Assembly (NCBI RefSeq): GCF_001194135.2
Contig: NC_068981.1
Coordinates: 66,302,688-66,354,909 of the forward strand
DNA: 52,222 nucleotides
Source of the DNA: Octopus bimaculoides
Lineage: Eukaryota
Direction of reading: 5' to 3'
Shown one piece after another: positions 47,960-52,222 of this stretch. The position numbers and the translations under genes were made by a program. The notes under the pieces were generated by a model. That model saw only the letters and a list, made by a program, of their open reading frames with translations. It searched no databases and had not been told where the DNA came from. Every line of letters begins with the position of its first letter. The first letter of the stretch is position 1.

Positions 47960-48337
47960 ATCTCTATAAGCGATGAAAGTAGGGTTCCAGTTGATCCGAT
48001 CAAGGGAACAGCCTGCTCGTTAAATTAACGTGTAAATGGCTGAGCACTCCACAGACACGTGCACCTATAACGTAGTTCTCGGGGAGATTCGGTGTGACAC
48101 ATTGTGTGACAAGGCTGGCCCTTGGAAATACAGGTACAACAGAAACAGGAAGAAAGAGTGAGAGAAAGTAGTGGTGAAAGAGTACTGCAGGGTTCGCTAC
48201 TATTGCTTGTCGGAGCCTTGTGGAACCTTTAGGTGTTTTCGCTCAATAAACATTCACAACGTCCGGTCTGAGAATCGAAATAGCAATCCCACTACCGCGA
48301 GTCCGCTACCCTAACCACTGAGCCATTGCGCCCCCAC
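47960..48337 (-). mobile_element. tRNA-derived SINE (family C-like head)
   Basis: Minus strand begins gtgggggcgcaatggctcagtggttagggtagcggactc...ttcgattctcagaccgg (A-box and B-box like). Confidence 0.7.
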
Positions 48338-48359
48338 GATCAAAGTACTGACTATACTG

Positions 48360-48527
48360 AGAAGTAATGTCTATCACCACTTCAACATGGCTGTTCCGTA
48401 GGAACCGCCGTTACTACAAATTACATCGACTAACCAGCTGGAGGAAGCGTCTTCGTGGGGATTAAAATGGTAGTAACGTCGGTTTCTACGGAACAGCCAT
48501 GTTAAAGTGGTGATAAACATTACTTCT
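48360..48527. mobile_element. Hairpin MITE: 58-bp inverted repeats around a 52-bp spacer
   Basis: Arms 48360-48417 and 48470-48527 are 54/58 identical as reverse complements. Confidence 0.85.
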
Positions 48528-48984
48528 ATATGTATGTGTGCGTATATATATATATATATNNNNNNNNNNNNNNNNNNNNNNNNNNNNNNNNNNNNNNNNN
48601 NNNNNNNNNNNNNNNNNNNNNNNNNNNNNNNNNNNNNNNNNNNNNNNNNNNNNNNNNNNNNNNNNNNNNNNNNNNNNNNNNNNNNNNNNNNNNNNNNNNN
48701 NNNNNNNNNNNNNNNNNNNNNNNNNNNNNNNNNNNNNNNNNNNNNNNNNNNNNNNNNNNNNNNNNNNNNNNNNNNNNNNNNNNNNNNNNNNNNNNNNNNN
48801 NNNNNNNNNNNNNNNNNNNNNNNNNNNNNNNNNNNNNNNNNNNNNNNNNNNNNNNNNNNNNNNNNNNNNNNNNNNNNATATATATATATATATATATATA
48901 ATATATAAATATATGCATATATCCATACATATATGTACATACCTACATCTCTATGTATACATAAATGCATATATGGGTACAGGA

Positions 48985-49440
48985 TATCAAAAAAACGTTA
49001 AAGACAATGAAAAACGAAAACATAAAAACGAAAACAGAAAACGAACTTTTTTCGAACAACGAAAAAAACAAACAGGGAAACGAGACATGCAATATAAAGA
49101 ATATTACCCTTCGTCAGTTGTCCTTGTTCCATCTACTCCGCGTTTCGAAGGCAAGGGCAATACACGACTTCGTTGGAACAGTCCTTCCCGCAAACTAAAT
49201 TAAATAAAATTTGGAATTCTTTGCGGTGGGTGAAAGTGTTAACAAGAACAGGACAGTGAGAACAAGACAGTAAAAACAAACGGTGAGGGCTGTTGAGCCA
49301 AGACGATAGAAATTTTTTTTATGAACGCTAGGTAGACGTGCCATGAGAGAAGAGACAGAAAAACACGTCTTTTCTTTAGGAAGGCAGTGGACAGAAAGTG
49401 AGATCCCCTTTCGTCACGTGTCAGCGACGAGAAAGTCAAG
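48985..49440 (-). mobile_element. Dispersed repeat family 2, probably a PLE-like terminus
   Basis: Homologous to 29320-29778; minus strand has cgaaacgcgg followed by gacaactgacgaaggg. Confidence 0.4.
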
Positions 49441-49863
49441 GAAGAAGAGTGGGAGAGAGAGAGGGATTTATATATATATATATNNNNNNNNNNNNNNNNN
49501 NNNNNNNNNNNNNNNNNNNNNNNNNNNNNNNNNNNNNNNNNNNNNNNNNNNNNNNNNNNNNNNNNNNNNNNNNNNNNNNNNNNNNNNNNNNNNNNNNNNN
49601 NNNNNNNNNNNNNNNNNNNNNNNNNNNNNNNNNNNNNNNNNNNNNNNNNNNNNNNNNNNNNNNNNNNNNNNNNNNNNNNNNNNNNNNNNNNNNNNNNNNN
49701 NNNNNNNNNNNNNNNNNNNNNNNNNNNNNNNNNNNNNNNNNNNNNNNNNNNNNNNNNNNNNNNNNNNNNNNNNNNNNNNNNNNNNNNNNNNNNNNNNNNN
49801 NNNNNNNNNNNNNNNNNNNNNNNNNNNNNNNNNNNNNNNNNNNNNNNNNNNNNNNNNNNNNNN

Positions 49864-49905
<42 letters not shown>

Positions 49906-50227
49906 ACGCATACACACATTTTTTGTATACATGCGGGTGCATTTACTGACATCCATGCCTTGAAATTTATGCTTCTATGTAAATTAATATTTGAATGATA
50001 AGCGATCCTCACCAGAGACACAAAAAATATACGGTTTCTCTGCGATTATAACCTGTACTATTTAGCCATTGGGAGATTTAGTGGGGTGTTGAGCAAATTT
50101 TTTAACGTAGGTATAACACAAGTATCAATTGTATGATGGGATTGTAAGAGTGAAAAACGGTCGTAATTAAAGCTTATCATTCAACTCAATTTACCATCTA
50201 ACAAGTCGGAATCTACCGAAATTCTAC

Positions 50228-51400
50228 AGGCTATTTCCCTTTCAGGAATCAAATTCACAGCAATTGCAATCAGATTTATGTTATCTATCCTTTCTTTGTA
50301 ATCCAAAAGTATATAGCAAAGGAATTTAATCTCTTTTGGTTTGCTAGAGAAACTGTTCAATCAACTGCAGCAGATATTGCGGGAATTACCAGTAAAATTT
50401 GGCAAATTCTACAGATATTTGATATTACGTTGTTTCTTTTCATTCAGAAGGTCTACAGTGTCAGCAAAACAACAAAGGTCTTTCTGATCAAAACTTCAAA
50501 TGCCGGAATTTGAGGTACTAAACAATTAATACCAATGCCATTGGTGTATCATTGCTTAATTATACTGATTTCTGATGAGGTGTTCTCTTTGTTGATTACC
50601 TTTAGAAGAGATGTCTGCAAATTTTAATATACACTTTTGATCTTGTCTGGTCATAGCGTTTGTCGAGAGAAGAGATTATTGTAAATACACCCTCAGGAAA
50701 AGTACCTTCTCCAATTCTCAATTTACTTGTTTTTACTAGCCTTTTGTTTACTTAGAACTTGGTTATATAGTTTCCAAGACAAAATGTTACGTCCCTGCCT
50801 TCTGCACAAAATCTTCATGAAGATTATCAATGGAATCTTCATTCCTTATATGCTTTAAAACTATTTAGTTGTTGATGATATTGTAACTATCTGTAGTGAC
50901 TTTGATAAATTGTCTTCTTACGAGTACAAGAGCCGACTGAGATCTAGCCCAAAAAAGAAAGCAAAGGGTTCTCTTCGAGCATGGCATTAAATTATACGAC
51001 CTCAAACATCAGCATCCAGTTGTAATTGTACACATTCTTATCAACATTAGAATAGAATTTTCCAGAGCTCGTCAAAAGTTAGATGATTCATCAACATTTC
51101 CTTGCATGGACATTCCTTGTCAGTAAAGAAAGTGCAAGATAATATTATTATGCATTTGGAATTACTTTGCATACATTTTCACGCAGTTTCAGCCAAATCT
51201 AATGTTATTACATTTAGGAATCGGCACTTCCAGTTCAATGACTTCGCAAAAGCATTCAGGATGTTGATGTTTCTTAAAGTACAGTCGTTCTCAAAGCTTT
51301 TTCCAATTGCAAAACTCTCGTGCTAAAAACGCATTTTCTTTACTTTTAACATAATATAGTTTTGAATTTTCAATATGCTTTGCTTAAAAGGAAAGGCACG
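50228..51400 (-). pseudogene. hAT transposase remnant (ZMYM1/DUF4371-like) with deletions and stops
   Basis: KENAFLAREFCNWKK...KKHQH, ILHFLY*QGMSMQGNVDESSNF, DNLHEDFV, ILLVIPAISAAVD (dimerisation PAT/S..ER-like) and KERIDNINLIAIA occur in the expected order. Confidence 0.65.
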
Positions 51401-52014
51401 ATTTTATAGCTATGGTTATAATGAATAAAATTAAAGGCAGTGAACTGAATTGTTTCAAAAGAACGTTTCTAGTTACCAAATATCCATCTCGGGAAAATTA
51501 AAAATTTATCCGTTAATTTTGTAGAGTAACAAAAGCGAACATGAGGTCAGATTCATTAGTTTGTCTACTGAAATAATGAAGCCGAAATTACGGTTAAAGA
51601 AATTATTTTACTTGAAGTCTCTGGTTATACTTGCAATTCCATAGAACAGCTTGCTTCAGTAGGCAATGAACAAGAATTATTATGGATTTTAGTTGAAAAA
51701 AAATTGAGGATTTGAATCCATTCAGGCGTTTATTATATAGAATACTTAAGCATCTTATTTTAGAATAATTCCGAACAGTTAGATAGATAATAACACGGTA
51801 TCCCTGTGTGCGTGTCAGGTGCACATAGTCATCATACTCTCTTTTCACTTAACTCGTGATCAGAAGAATATATTTAGCGAATTTCATAGACACATGGAAC
51901 AGAAACACTTATAATCAAAATTAATGAGAAGTTGTCTTACCCATTCACTTACAGTTTGATATGGTCATGTGAGAGTTTATATGATAATTTTCCAAGATTC
52001 TGATCGCAACAGAT

Positions 52015-52177
52015 CTTTTACTTGTTTCAGTCACTTGACGGCGGTCATGCTGGGGCACTGCCTTGAAGCCTAGTACTTACTCTATCGGTGTCTTTTGCTG
52101 AACCGCTAGATTACGGAGACGTAAACCCACCAACATCGGTTGTCAAGCGGTGGTGAGGAACAATCACAGACATAAAG

Positions 52178-52222
<45 letters not shown>
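52015..52222 (-). mobile_element. SINE family B tail with (CA)n at the window edge
   Basis: ttgtttcagtcacttgacggcggtcatgctggggcactgccttgaag...gaaccgctagattacggagacgtaaac. Confidence 0.75.

Noticed and set aside
48270-48337. tRNA genes at SINE heads (also 1430-1498 and family A and B heads)
   Set aside because: A/B-box-like motifs run into SINE bodies; I could not fold a full cloverleaf or find a poly-T terminator.

Overview
AT-rich, repeat-dense animal genomic DNA with ten assembly gaps, most beside microsatellites. The SINE, LINE and Tc1 repertoire looks like a coleoid cephalopod, probably Octopus. That is an inference from repeat style, not a database match. I found no confident host gene, rRNA, tRNA or CRISPR array, and nearly all ORF-track entries are microsatellite, gap or transposon artefacts. 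The window holds decayed mobile elements: mariner, Tc1 and hAT transposase remnants, L1/Tx1, R4/Dong-type and Penelope-like retroelement fragments, several tRNA-derived SINE families and MITEs. Best leads: (1) a nested structure at 11410-13438 where an ORF1-only L1/Tx1-like element and a SINE sharing its 3' tail sit at the same ~16-bp site inside a SINE head, with target duplications, echoed at 18964-19380; (2) minimal hammerhead-like motifs with palindromic stem III and variant cores in Penelope-like termini; (3) a head-to-tail chain of R4/Dong-type elements in a (TAA)n tract. Boundaries of degenerate repeats are approximate; SINE family letters are my own labels.
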